From a bacterium (GTDB lineage Bacteria > Cyanobacteriota > Vampirovibrionia > Gastranaerophilales > JBAXKC01), in assembly GCA_037137535.1 (NCBI GenBank), contig JBAXKC010000002.1, positions 32,001-96,000 on the forward strand: 64,000 bases of DNA, given 5' to 3'. The stretch's first letter is position 1. Each line of letters opens with the position of its first letter. A model generated the notes under the pieces. It did not search any database, was not told where the DNA came from, and saw only the letters and a program-made list of their open reading frames with translations. The translations under genes and the position numbers were made by a program. Below are positions 42,504 through 52,496 of this stretch, piece after piece.

Positions 42504-43718
42504 TTGATTGAAGATATAAAAAAATTTACAGCTGAAATAGAACAAGAAATTATAAATATAAGAAGACATCTGCACCAAAACCCCGAACTGTCGGGAGAAG
42601 AGCATAAAACAGCAGAATATATTTCAAATATCCTCACAAAAAACTCTATAAAACATGAGTTAACAGTTTTAGAAGCAGGCCCTGTTGTCATTGCTGAAAT
42701 ACATAAATCATCAGAGCTTAAAACTATTGCATTTAGAGCCGATATGGACGCTTTACCTCTAATTGAATGTACAGATAAACCTTATTGCTCAAAAGCACAC
42801 GGTGTTATGCATGCCTGCGGACATGATTTTAATGTAGCATCTGTATTAGGAACAGCAATTATTCTAAATAAAATAAAAGATAAAATAGACCTAAATATTA
42901 AATTTATATTTCAACCAAAAGAAGAAAAATCAGAAAGTGGCGCAAAAGCAATTGTTAAAGCAGGATTAATTAAAAATATTGATGCAATATGGGCAATACA
43001 TGCATATCCATGCCTTGAAGCGGGTAAAATAGGTATTAGATATGGAGTAACAACAGCATCAGCCGATATTTTCGAAATTGAAGTAATAGGAAAGGGCGGT
43101 CACTCTGCAAGACCTCATCAGTGCATTGATTCTATTTATATAATGAATAAAATAATTAATGACTTTTACTCAGAAATATCAAGAAAATTTGATCCAATAA
43201 AACCTGTTATTTTTACAGTCGGGCAAATAACAGGCGGAACTGCCGCGAATATTATTTCCGAAAAATGCAAATGCACAGGAACTGTAAGAACCTTTGAAGA
43301 AAGTATTCGTAAAGAACTCATGGTTTATATTAATAAAAAAGCATCAGAAACTGCTGCACTTTATGGTGCAACTACACATATAAATTGGACTTACGGCCCT
43401 CCTTCAGTAATTAATGACGAAAAACTCGCATCAATTACTGAAAAAACCGCGACAGAATTAATTGGAGCAAGCAATACGGTAATTCTAAATGAACCAAGCA
43501 TGGGAGCTGAAGATTTTGCATTATACTTAGAACAAACACCAGGGGTGCTGCTTAGAATTGGAACAGGTGGAAATGACTGCCATCATCCGCTTCATTCTTG
43601 TTACTTTGATATAAACGAACATAGCATACCCGTTACAATAAATCTTTTAAGCTTTATTGCTGTTTCTTACTCACTAAAATTTTCAAACACCGAAATTGCT
43701 ATACCTAACACTCAATAA
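42504..43718 (+). CDS. M20D amidohydrolase (TTG start)
   Basis: HQNPEL, RADMDALP, MHACGHD, FQPKEE, GGHSARPH, GAEDF, LHS. Confidence 0.94.
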   Translation: MIEDIKKFTAEIEQEIINIRRHLHQNPELSGEEHKTAEYISNILTKNSIKHELTVLEAGPVVIAEIHKSSELKTIAFRADMDALPLIECTDKPYCSKAHGVMHACGHDFNVASVLGTAIILNKIKDKIDLNIKFIFQPKEEKSESGAKAIVKAGLIKNIDAIWAIHAYPCLEAGKIGIRYGVTTASADIFEIEVIGKGGHSARPHQCIDSIYIMNKIINDFYSEISRKFDPIKPVIFTVGQITGGTAANIISEKCKCTGTVRTFEESIRKELMVYINKKASETAALYGATTHINWTYGPPSVINDEKLASITEKTATELIGASNTVILNEPSMGAEDFALYLEQTPGVLLRIGTGGNDCHHPLHSCYFDINEHSIPVTINLLSFIAVSYSLKFSNTEIAIPNTQ

Positions 43719-43726
43719 CTTTAATA

Positions 43727-43900
43727 CTACATATCCTCAGGTAAATAAAAACATGATTTTGCTAAGGCATCTCTGACTTCATCATATGTATACTCTTTAC
43801 AGTTACATCTTTGCTGATACATTGTAACAATCATTAAGATATCATCTGTTGTAAGTCTAATTGCCCTTCTACCATTCGGATTATCTATGATTCTAGCCAT
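43727..43900 (-). CDS. Small hypothetical protein, 57 aa (below the ORF-track cutoff)
   Basis: MARIIDNPNGRRAIRLTTDDILMIVTMYQQRCNCKEYTYDEVRDALAKSCFYLPEDM; GGAG RBS; convergent with the amidohydrolase gene. Confidence 0.75.
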   Translation of the reverse strand: MARIIDNPNGRRAIRLTTDDILMIVTMYQQRCNCKEYTYDEVRDALAKSCFYLPEDM

Positions 43901-43940
43901 AGTTTTTTTGTACTCCGGCTCAATATTACCTCACCATGGT

Positions 43941-43967
43941 CATTCGGCAATTTTTATCAAACCTTTA
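43941..43967 (-). promoter_or_regulatory. Sigma28 (FliA/SigD)-like promoter TAAA-N15-GCCGAATG
   Basis: Minus strand reads TAAAGGTTTGATAAAAATTGCCGAATG, matching TAAA-N15-GCCGATAA with exact spacing. Confidence 0.6.
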
Positions 43968-44171
43968 ATATTTTTTTTGTTTCTATTAACAATTATTAAC
44001 ATTTATGCTGAAATTATCAAAGATTAATAGCCCTAAATGAAATGATAGCTTTAAAATACAGTAATATATGATTCTAACTTGTTAATATTGTAGACTCAGA
44101 AAAATCAACTATGCATCTTTTAGTTGCGACATCGTAAAGTTATTAAAGACTAAGCCAAAAATAGTTAACCA

Positions 44172-44209
44172 ATACCCCTAGTTTAGTAATAAAACTAAAC
44201 TAGGGGTAT
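44172..44209 (-). terminator. Perfect 16-bp inverted repeat downstream of the PhoB-like gene
   Basis: ATACCCCTAGTTTAGT-AATAAA-ACTAAACTAGGGGTAT. Confidence 0.65.
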
Positions 44210-44247
44210 CCATAGTTAATTATTAAATTGATATAATACTGAAAATT

Positions 44248-44937
44248 TTAAGCAGCATTATTAAACCTATAACCCATACCATATATAGTTTCAATGTTTT
44301 TACCATAAGAACCTATTTTTTTTCTCAATCTAGCGAGCATAACGTCAATTGAGCGATCGTTGACAATAGCATCATCACCTTTTATTTCTTCTAAAAGTTG
44401 GTTTCTTGTATAAACTCTATTAACATTACACACTAAAAAGTACAAAAGACGAAATTCAGATGAAGTTAAACTGATTTTTTTATTTTTAATTCTTACTTCA
44501 AAAGTATCAGCACAAATACAAAGGTCTTTAATAGCTATTGCTGACTTGTTTAATCGATCTATACAACTTTTTCTAATTGCACAATTTACCCTTGCCGCTA
44601 AAATCTTCATATTAAAAGGCTTAGTAACATAATCATCCACACCAAAGTTAAAAGCATTAATTATATCATGTTCATGACAACGAGAAGAAACCACAATAAC
44701 AGGAATGTTTGAACATTTGTTATTATTTTTTACCATGTGACAAAAGTCATAACCATTTACTCCAGGTAACATTAAATCAACTAAGATACAATCAGGTCTT
44801 TGCAATTGTAAAGTATCAAAAGCTTCATAACAATCATTAAAACAATGCGTTTTAAACCCTTCTTTAGTAAGACTGCAAGACAAAAGTCCAGACAAATCTT
44901 CTTCATCTTGAATAATAAAAAGATTTTTTGCCTTCAT
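44248..44937 (-). CDS. Orphan OmpR/PhoB-family response regulator
   Basis: VDLMLPG, DDYVTKPF, RSIDV..RLRKK, IETIYGMGYRF. Confidence 0.92.
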   Translation of the reverse strand: MKAKNLFIIQDEEDLSGLLSCSLTKEGFKTHCFNDCYEAFDTLQLQRPDCILVDLMLPGVNGYDFCHMVKNNNKCSNIPVIVVSSRCHEHDIINAFNFGVDDYVTKPFNMKILAARVNCAIRKSCIDRLNKSAIAIKDLCICADTFEVRIKNKKISLTSSEFRLLYFLVCNVNRVYTRNQLLEEIKGDDAIVNDRSIDVMLARLRKKIGSYGKNIETIYGMGYRFNNAA

Positions 44938-45269
44938 AACAATTAACGCTCCACTATGTTTGTATTTTTATTCTAAACTTAATTTCAATTCATCTGGCAA
45001 TAGATATAAATTTAGTTTAGCAAATTAAAACCATAAATGACATAACATATTTTCGGTTTTACATATTTTACAAAGATTTACAAGTAACTAATATACAACT
45101 CATAGTGATATGACAATACCTATAAACAGCTTTAAACAAGGAATCTATCCAAATCAAACAATTTAAGACATGTAAAAGCAAGCAAACAAGAATATTAATA
45201 CTTATATACCAGATTGTAATAAAATGCCAAGAATTGTCTTACAGAGGTTTATCTTCTAAATATCTAGGC

Positions 45270-45542
45270 TTATTGAACATTTTTAGGTCTGGGCTTTTTA
45301 ATTACCAAAATCAATCCACTTACAATCATAGAAAATAAACAAAAACCGACAAATAAAGGATAAATTTTTTGCAAACCAAAGATTTCCATTGTATGAATAC
45401 TTATTAAAAAATCAGCAAATTTTTCATTACCAAAGTAATCTTCAGAAATAACAGCTCCCATACCTGTAATAAGAGTTAATAACACTGGTATTGCGCAAAT
45501 CACGCCAAGTGTAATATGTACTTTTCTAGCATTTTTTTTCAT
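45270..45542 (-). CDS. Small membrane protein, PepSY-associated TM-helix-like
   Basis: RKVHITLG..P..LITG and ISIH..IVSG motifs; two TM helices with His. Confidence 0.7.
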   Translation of the reverse strand: MKKNARKVHITLGVICAIPVLLTLITGMGAVISEDYFGNEKFADFLISIHTMEIFGLQKIYPLFVGFCLFSMIVSGLILVIKKPRPKNVQ

Positions 45543-45728
45543 AATATTTTCTCATCCGGTATTATCAAAGTTAAACAAACTAATTATATCATTTACAATT
45601 ATAAGAAAAAGATATTAAATTTGACATTCTATAGATAAAAAATATAAACAAAATACTGATTATAATAATCTAAAAGCATACTAAAATAACGATAAACTCT
45701 CCTTAAAAAATTTAGGAGTTTAAAACAA

Positions 45729-46421
45729 ATGACAATAAAAAAAATAACCGATAAACTTTTAAATCTTGATAATTTTATCACTATAACATTGATTGGTGTG
45801 TCATTATTTAACTTTGTAAGCACTACAATAGAAGTGATAATTAATAAAAAACTTACCTTTTACGATTCAGCAATAGTAAAATCTTTGAATGTTACAGCTT
45901 CAGAACATTCTGATAAATTTGCAATATTTATAACAAATTTTGGTGGAATCCTAACCAGTACAATTATAATAATTCTATTAATTACAATACTTCTTTATTA
46001 TCGCAAATATAAAGACAGCTTGTTTATTATCATGGTTACAAGTGGCGGATATATTTTATTTAATAGCTTAAAACTAATAATAAACAGAGAAAGACCTATT
46101 GTTAATACATCTTTAATTGAAGCATCGGGATACAGCTACCCATCGGGACATGCAACTATATCAACGTGTTTATACGGAGCTTTGATTTACTTAACTTATA
46201 AATATATTAAAAATACACATGTGAAAATCATAATTATATTAATATTAAGCATCCTTATTTTATTAATTGGAGCAAGTAGAGTTTATTTAGGTGTTCATTA
46301 TCCCTCTGATGTTTTTGCAGGAATAAACCTAGGAATATTTTGGCTTAGCTTAAATATTTATATATATAAACATATTAATCAGAAACAAATAATAAAAATA
46401 AAAAAACTCACAGAATTTTAA
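45729..46421 (+). CDS. PAP2-family phosphatase
   Basis: KLIINRERP, SYPSGHA, SRVYLGVHYPSDV. Confidence 0.94.
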   Translation: MTIKKITDKLLNLDNFITITLIGVSLFNFVSTTIEVIINKKLTFYDSAIVKSLNVTASEHSDKFAIFITNFGGILTSTIIIILLITILLYYRKYKDSLFIIMVTSGGYILFNSLKLIINRERPIVNTSLIEASGYSYPSGHATISTCLYGALIYLTYKYIKNTHVKIIIILILSILILLIGASRVYLGVHYPSDVFAGINLGIFWLSLNIYIYKHINQKQIIKIKKLTEF

Positions 46422-46435
46422 TCTGTGAGTTTTTT
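46401..46435. terminator. Bidirectional terminator
   Basis: AAAAAACTCACAGA-N7-TCTGTGAGTTTTTT between convergent genes. Confidence 0.8.
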
Positions 46436-46453
46436 AAAATATAAAGTTAATAA

Positions 46454-47737
46454 TTAAGCATTTAATAATGAAGCAACGTTTAAAGCTTGTTCCAGATCAG
46501 CAATTATATCTTTTATGTCTTCAATACCGATTGATAGACGAATATAATCGCTAGTCACACCGGATGATACTCTTTCTTCTTCTGTAAGCTGTTGATGTGT
46601 AGTGCTTGCAGGATGAATAACTAAAGATTTTACATCACCGATATTTGCAACATGTGAAAGAAGCTTTAAGTTATCAATAAACTTAATAGCAGACTCTTTT
46701 CCGCCTTTTATTCCAAATCCAATTAATGCTCCCTGACCATTTGGTAGATATTTTTGAGCTAATTCATAATTTTCATTTTCTTCTAAGCCCGAATAGTTTA
46801 CCCAACTGACATTTTTATTAGAACTCAAGTATTTTGCAACAGCCAAAGCGTTTTCACAATGTCGTTGAAGCCTTACATGGAGAGTTTCAATTCCTTGTAT
46901 TATCATGAATGCATTAAAAGGACTGATTGCGGAGCCTACATCTCTTAATAATTGAACCCTAGCTTTAATAATATAAGCTAAATTACCAAAATCTCTTGAA
47001 TAAACAACACCATGGTAACTATCATCAGTTTCAGTAAATTCAGGAAATTTACCAGATCCTGCCCAATCAAATTTTCCTGAATCAACAATAATACCGCCAA
47101 TAGAAGTACCATGTCCGCCTAAAAACTTAGTCGCCGAATGTACTACAATATCAGCCCCAAAATCAATTGGTCTTAGAAGATACGGCGTAGCGACAGTATT
47201 ATCTACGATTAATGGTATATTATGACTATGAGCAATATCCGCAAGCTTTTCTATATCTGCTATTGCAAGCTTAGGATTTCCAATTGATTCAGTATAAAGA
47301 AGTTTAGTATTTTCATTAATAGCTTCTTCAAAAGCCTCATGATCTCCAGGTTCAATAAATTTAACATTGATACCAAGTCTTTTTAAAGTATGTGAAAAAA
47401 GATTATAAGTTCCACCATAAAGAGCAGAGGAAGCGACAATTTCATCTCCAGGTTTTGCTATATTTAAAATTGCATAAGTAATAGCTGATTGCCCTGATGC
47501 CACAGCTAAAGCTGCAACTCCGCCTTCAAGCTGAGCTACCCTTTTTTCTAAAACATCAGTTGTAGGATTCATTAACCTTGTATAAATATTACCAAACTTT
47601 TTTAATGCAAATAAATCAGCTGCATCTTGAGTGTCTTCGAAAACATAAGAAGTTGTCTGATAAATGGGAACAGCTCTTGAATGAGTGGTAGCGTCAACTT
47701 CCTGTCCACCATGAAGTGCAACTGTATTTAATTCCAT
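46454..47737 (-). CDS. metY: O-acetylhomoserine sulfhydrylase
   Basis: [48 protein letters not shown]. Confidence 0.95.
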   Translation of the reverse strand: MELNTVALHGGQEVDATTHSRAVPIYQTTSYVFEDTQDAADLFALKKFGNIYTRLMNPTTDVLEKRVAQLEGGVAALAVASGQSAITYAILNIAKPGDEIVASSALYGGTYNLFSHTLKRLGINVKFIEPGDHEAFEEAINENTKLLYTESIGNPKLAIADIEKLADIAHSHNIPLIVDNTVATPYLLRPIDFGADIVVHSATKFLGGHGTSIGGIIVDSGKFDWAGSGKFPEFTETDDSYHGVVYSRDFGNLAYIIKARVQLLRDVGSAISPFNAFMIIQGIETLHVRLQRHCENALAVAKYLSSNKNVSWVNYSGLEENENYELAQKYLPNGQGALIGFGIKGGKESAIKFIDNLKLLSHVANIGDVKSLVIHPASTTHQQLTEEERVSSGVTSDYIRLSIGIEDIKDIIADLEQALNVASLLNA

Positions 47738-47831
47738 TATTTTCTCCTTTTCAAAATAAATTCTTACAAGGTTATAAACTTAAATAGTTTTCTAACAAAA
47801 TTTAACAATAATAATTTCTGCGATTTGAATT

Positions 47832-47851
47832 TTATTCGGTTTCCCGTATAA
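47832..47851. promoter_or_regulatory. Imperfect palindrome TTATTCGG-TTTC-CCGTATAA overlapping the promoter of the DtxR-family gene
   Basis: 8-bp arms with one mismatch, overlapping TATAAT (47847-47852), with TTGAAT 16 nt upstream. Confidence 0.45.
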
Positions 47852-47904
47852 TGTTTATATAAAAAAATATTCGTCTCGTCAATAGAGTAGAGGTAAATTT
47901 ATTC

Positions 47905-48435
47905 ATGAAAAGAACTAAAACACTTACAGCAAGCTTAGAAAACTACATTAAAGCAATATACAACATTATGAAAACAAAACCAGCTGCACGAGTTAAAGAC
48001 GTAGCGGCAAGCTTAGGAATAGGCGCTTCATCAGTATCAGAAGCTCTAAAAAACCTAGCCGAAAAAGGAATGGTAAACTATGAACCATACGGATTTATAA
48101 CTTTAACCGATGAAGGCAATAAAATAGCGCAAGAACTTGCCCAAAGACACAATATTATAAAAAACTTTTTTGAAAACGTACTTGTATTACCTTCAGAATT
48201 AGCAGAAGAAAGCTCAAAAGAAATTGAACACAGAATGGCAGAAGAAGTTCTTGAAAAATTTATTATGTTTCTCGAATTCATGTCAAGCTGCTCATGCAAA
48301 GAACCTAAATGGATGAAAAGTTTCAAAGAATTCTCTTCAAATAATGGAAGATTAAGCGATAAATGCACAAGGTGCATCGAAGCAAAAAAGAATAACCCTA
48401 AATTAAGCAACAGCCAATGTTGCGGAATGTCATAG
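47905..48435 (+). CDS. DtxR/MntR-family metalloregulator with Cys-rich tail
   Basis: SLENYIKAIY, RVKDVA, YEPYG.ITLT, RH, IEH; tail CSC..CTRC..CC. Confidence 0.92.
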   Translation: MKRTKTLTASLENYIKAIYNIMKTKPAARVKDVAASLGIGASSVSEALKNLAEKGMVNYEPYGFITLTDEGNKIAQELAQRHNIIKNFFENVLVLPSELAEESSKEIEHRMAEEVLEKFIMFLEFMSSCSCKEPKWMKSFKEFSSNNGRLSDKCTRCIEAKKNNPKLSNSQCCGMS

Positions 48436-48448
48436 AAAAACCAATTAA

Positions 48449-49402
48449 TTAAACTTCAGATTTTTCTATATTAGATAATTCTTTAATAAAAATTGGCGGA
48501 TCATTTTTTGGCACATCATTTGAATATGCAGCAAAAGTTTCAAAGAGATTTTTATCATGTTCAAATAATTGCGTATAATTTTCTTTTGGTTTATCTCCTA
48601 AATACTCATGAATTAAGGTTTCAGTAAATCTTCCACTTTTTTGAAATCTATTTATTGCTCTTTGAGCTGCAACATCTTTATCAACTTCAACAAAACGTAA
48701 GTGAACTTTATAACCTTTATCTTTTGCAGTTTGAGCAAGTTGCTTCACATCCTCATAAACTGTCCCGATATTTGGCATGACCAAATTAAATCTACTCTCT
48801 AAAGCCTTATTAAAGGCAAGATGAATAATATCATCAGCTTCATCGCACACAACATAATTAGCTTTACCATTTTTATATTCGGGCAAAAATTCCTTTGCAT
48901 CATCCTTATCAAGAACAACAGCTTTAATTTTTTTTAGTAATGGTTTCTCTATAACAGAAGATTTACCTGATCCGGGCAACCCCATAGTAATATAAAGCTC
49001 TGGGTCTATACCAGATTTAACCGGAGTAGCATCTTTTAATAATTTTTTTACTACATCTAGTCTTAATAGTTTTCTCTCTTCAGTCTGAATTAAATCGGTA
49101 GATATAACACCAAATTTTTCTTGCAAAGAATGTTGTGCATTTAATTGATCAATTCTAGCAGCTAAAACACGTTCGGTGTCATATTTTGTCAAATGCACTT
49201 TTAAAGGACTAAGTTTAATAACTAAATTTTTATATAACCCTTTTATTACATGTTTTAAACCAGTAAAATTTTGCTCTTTATTTTTAACAAAACAGTCATT
49301 TTCATAAAACCCACTTGAAATTTTAGGACTATGATTTCTGCTCATAGAAATATTTACAGTATTAACAAATTGATAAGAATTAACATTGATTAACTTAATC
49401 AT
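48449..49402 (-). CDS. Zeta-toxin-like P-loop kinase with N-terminal extension
   Basis: GLPGSGKS, LDKDDAK, GYKVHLRFV, RAINRF..SGR, YSND. Confidence 0.75.
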   Translation of the reverse strand: MIKLINVNSYQFVNTVNISMSRNHSPKISSGFYENDCFVKNKEQNFTGLKHVIKGLYKNLVIKLSPLKVHLTKYDTERVLAARIDQLNAQHSLQEKFGVISTDLIQTEERKLLRLDVVKKLLKDATPVKSGIDPELYITMGLPGSGKSSVIEKPLLKKIKAVVLDKDDAKEFLPEYKNGKANYVVCDEADDIIHLAFNKALESRFNLVMPNIGTVYEDVKQLAQTAKDKGYKVHLRFVEVDKDVAAQRAINRFQKSGRFTETLIHEYLGDKPKENYTQLFEHDKNLFETFAAYSNDVPKNDPPIFIKELSNIEKSEV

Positions 49403-49513
49403 AAGATCTTATACCCCACTATATATAAGATTAATATCTTAATGTAAAAATGAAATTAAGGTTGTAAATTTTTATTTATTTTATAATTCAAATTAACATA
49501 CTATATATGATAA

Positions 49514-49542
49514 AAGAGATTAGAAAAAACATCTAATCTCTT
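49514..49542 (-). terminator. Putative terminator after upp
   Basis: AAGAGATTAGA-N7-TCTAATCTCTT. Confidence 0.6.
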
Positions 49543-49576
49543 AAACTTATTAATATTAGGTTATTTAGAATCTCAA

Positions 49577-50242
49577 CTAATAAATACTATTATAAGTTCT
49601 ATCGCCTGCATCTCCTAAACCTGGAACAATATATCCATTCTCATTTAGTTGCTCATCAATACAAGCTGTAACTATTTTTACATTCGGATAGCAATGTTGA
49701 ACTTTTGATATACCTTCATTTACAGCGATTAAAGAAACAAATCTAATATTTTCTTCAGGAACTTTAAGATCAATAAATAATTTAATTGCAGCTACAGCAG
49801 AACCACCGGTCGCAAGCATAGGATCAAGAATATAAATATAAGTTTTATCGGGGTTTTTAAAGCTCTGCGGTAAATTATTATAATAAGAAACAGGTTGTAA
49901 TGTTTTTTCGTCACGATATAAGCCAATATGATGAACTCTGGCAGTTGGGATTATTTCACTTGCTGCATCAGCAAAAATCAAACCAGCTCTTAGTATTGGA
50001 GCAATAACAACTTCAGAATCAGGATCAATTATTTTTGATATTGTTTTAGTTAACGGAGTTTCTATTTCTGTATCCACAAGTGGTAAATTTTCGGAGGCTT
50101 TGAAAAACAATATCTGAGCAATTCTTTTAGTTGCATTTCTAAATAATTCTGATGAAGTATTTTTATCTCGTAAAACAGTTAGATTTTGATTTGTTATAGG
50201 ATAATTGCAAACTATAACATTATTTTTAACGCATGTGTTCAT
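49577..50242 (-). CDS. upp: Uracil phosphoribosyltransferase
   Basis: PILRAG, GLYRDE, DPMLATGGS, YIVPGLGDAGDR. Confidence 0.97.
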   Translation of the reverse strand: MNTCVKNNVIVCNYPITNQNLTVLRDKNTSSELFRNATKRIAQILFFKASENLPLVDTEIETPLTKTISKIIDPDSEVVIAPILRAGLIFADAASEIIPTARVHHIGLYRDEKTLQPVSYYNNLPQSFKNPDKTYIYILDPMLATGGSAVAAIKLFIDLKVPEENIRFVSLIAVNEGISKVQHCYPNVKIVTACIDEQLNENGYIVPGLGDAGDRTYNSIY

Positions 50243-50303
50243 TTTGATACCTTGAGTTTATAAATTATATCTAATGTACAACGGTTTAGCGTTTAGTTCA
50301 ACA

Positions 50304-51350
50304 TTAAAGTTTATTTTTTAATTTTTTTATGGAGCAATTAATATTTTGAATAGTGCAATTCAATTTTTGAATTTTTTTATTTGATATGGACTTACTTAAA
50401 TTATTGGAAGTTACATCAATTTGCTCAAATGTTGAATTAATCCAAAAGAAAGTATAGTTAATTGAATCAGAATTGAGTTTTTTATGCTTTAACCAGCTAC
50501 TTGAGATATTTTTAGCCTGATAAGCAGAATTTATTACCTGCATTAGATGTTTTTCACGCCAATCATTTATACCATTGCTATATAAATTTGAATAATCACT
50601 TAAAATATAAATGTTCTGCAAAGTCTGAGCTTTATCAAGTTCATTAGCAAATGATTCTAATCGTTGATTACTTTCATTTATATTATCCTCTGAGGTGTTA
50701 ACAACAGGAACTTTTTGCTTACCTATATTAGTAATTGCATTTGCACATTCCCTAAATGTGGTGTTAATGTTGTGTGAAATAGTTTTTGACTGCACAATAT
50801 TATTTTCCAGTTTTTCAATGCCACCGGAACCAAAAGTTTTTAATATATTTGTAGATAAATCTAAAACAGAAAGAGATACATCTTTCTGTAAATCAAACAC
50901 TTGCCCTACTCGTACAGGTTCAACCACTTTAAAATTATTTTCTTCAATATGAGTAGTCTGCTCTGGAGCTTTTACATTTAAAGGATTAACAGTTTTTTCT
51001 TTTAATTTATTAGGCGGAATTATCTCAATAGATCTTGAACCTGCTAATCCTGTAAATTGAACACTTATAGCAGATGATGGCGGAATCTCAACATCATTAT
51101 TATTTATTTTTATACTTATTAATGCTTTATTATTATCTTTATTTTGAACTTCTGTTACATTTCCAACAGTAATCCCCATAATTCTTACAGGCGAACCAAC
51201 AATTACACTATCAGCATCATTAAATTCAAACTGATAAGTAGTTCCCTGATTGAATTTATCGTCAAGATAACTAACGCCCAGGTGAAGTAGCCCACCAAGA
51301 ACAATTATCCATATAAAGATTTCCAATAGTAAAATATGTTTTCTACTCAT
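50304..51350 (-). CDS. MlaD/MCE-domain protein
   Basis: N-terminal TM, FNDADS..VGSPVRIMGITVGNV, GLAG.RSIEIIP, then a helical tail. Confidence 0.85.
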   Translation of the reverse strand: MSRKHILLLEIFIWIIVLGGLLHLGVSYLDDKFNQGTTYQFEFNDADSVIVGSPVRIMGITVGNVTEVQNKDNNKALISIKINNNDVEIPPSSAISVQFTGLAGSRSIEIIPPNKLKEKTVNPLNVKAPEQTTHIEENNFKVVEPVRVGQVFDLQKDVSLSVLDLSTNILKTFGSGGIEKLENNIVQSKTISHNINTTFRECANAITNIGKQKVPVVNTSEDNINESNQRLESFANELDKAQTLQNIYILSDYSNLYSNGINDWREKHLMQVINSAYQAKNISSSWLKHKKLNSDSINYTFFWINSTFEQIDVTSNNLSKSISNKKIQKLNCTIQNINCSIKKLKNKL

Positions 51351-51415
51351 ATCATTATATTAAGGGAATTTGACTTTTTTTAAAAGAAAAAATTTTATTA
51401 GAGGGAGAGAGAATC

Positions 51416-52138
51416 ATGGTAGAAAAAAGAGCTTCGTATATTACTAAGCACAATTATAATTTTTATAGCACCGTTCCTTGGGGAATAAACGATGTTTTAT
51501 CATCATATGCCTTTATTTTTATATTAGCTGTATTGTTTTTTTCAGCTTTTATCTTTACAGGACAAAATGCAGAAATGTTAACTTTTGCAATAGTTCAACT
51601 TATTTTATCACTTGCAACTCTTGGAATCGTCTATATTTTTATTCATAAAAAATACCATCTTAATTTTCTGGAATCTATGGGAATTGATTTTTCAGAAACT
51701 CCTAAATACTTATCACAAGGGTTAACTACCTCTTTTTTTATCTTACTTGGTACTGCTTTGATTACTTATCTATTTACAAATTATACAGCCACTAGTGATG
51801 ATAGCGCATATGCGAACCTTTCCATTGATAAATTAAGAATAATATCATTGTTTGCAGTATTTTTTGCACCGATAGTCGAAGAAGTATTTTTCAGGGGGTT
51901 TATGCAACCTGCAATGAGCAAGTATATGGGAGCAGCAGGAGGAATAATCGCAACTGCATTAGTATTCGGCTTTTCACATACACAATACTATGGAAGTTAT
52001 GTCGCACTTGTTTCTGTTATATTTATAGGCTTAGTTTTAGGCATGGCAAGACATATTTCAGGCTCAATCATGCCTGGAGTATTCGCACATTTAATAAACA
52101 ACCTTATTGCTGCAATTGCATTATTATCAATGCAATAA
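51416..52138 (+). CDS. CPBP (CAAX/Abi) intramembrane metalloprotease
   Basis: APIVEEVFFRG, FGFSH, AHLINN. Confidence 0.92.
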   Translation: MVEKRASYITKHNYNFYSTVPWGINDVLSSYAFIFILAVLFFSAFIFTGQNAEMLTFAIVQLILSLATLGIVYIFIHKKYHLNFLESMGIDFSETPKYLSQGLTTSFFILLGTALITYLFTNYTATSDDSAYANLSIDKLRIISLFAVFFAPIVEEVFFRGFMQPAMSKYMGAAGGIIATALVFGFSHTQYYGSYVALVSVIFIGLVLGMARHISGSIMPGVFAHLINNLIAAIALLSMQ

Positions 52139-52496
52139 CTATACCTATAGAAGAAAATAATTGATAAAACATCTTTCGAAAAATTTTTCATATTTACTAA
52201 ATTCATTCAACACAACAAAATTTCGATAGCTAAAGCCATCGACTAACTTTTCATTTTTCAAAAAACAAAAAAGTCAACAAAAACGCGGCGCATCTGAACG
52301 CTACTGGATTCTTTTCTTACTCTTTGGGTTAATTTACACAATAATTTTTGAGAAAAGAAGCAAACCGCTCGAGTTGTGTCTGTTTATAATTTCATTTTCA
52401 CAAAATATCAGTCTAAATTTGATTTAGAGTAATTAAAATTATCAAAAAAGTTAATTGTATTAATAGAATAAATTATTAATTGAACAATAACTATTT

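Noticed and set aside
47738-47904. SAM riboswitch or T-box upstream of metY
   Set aside because: No recognisable conserved cores or terminator in the 167-bp region.
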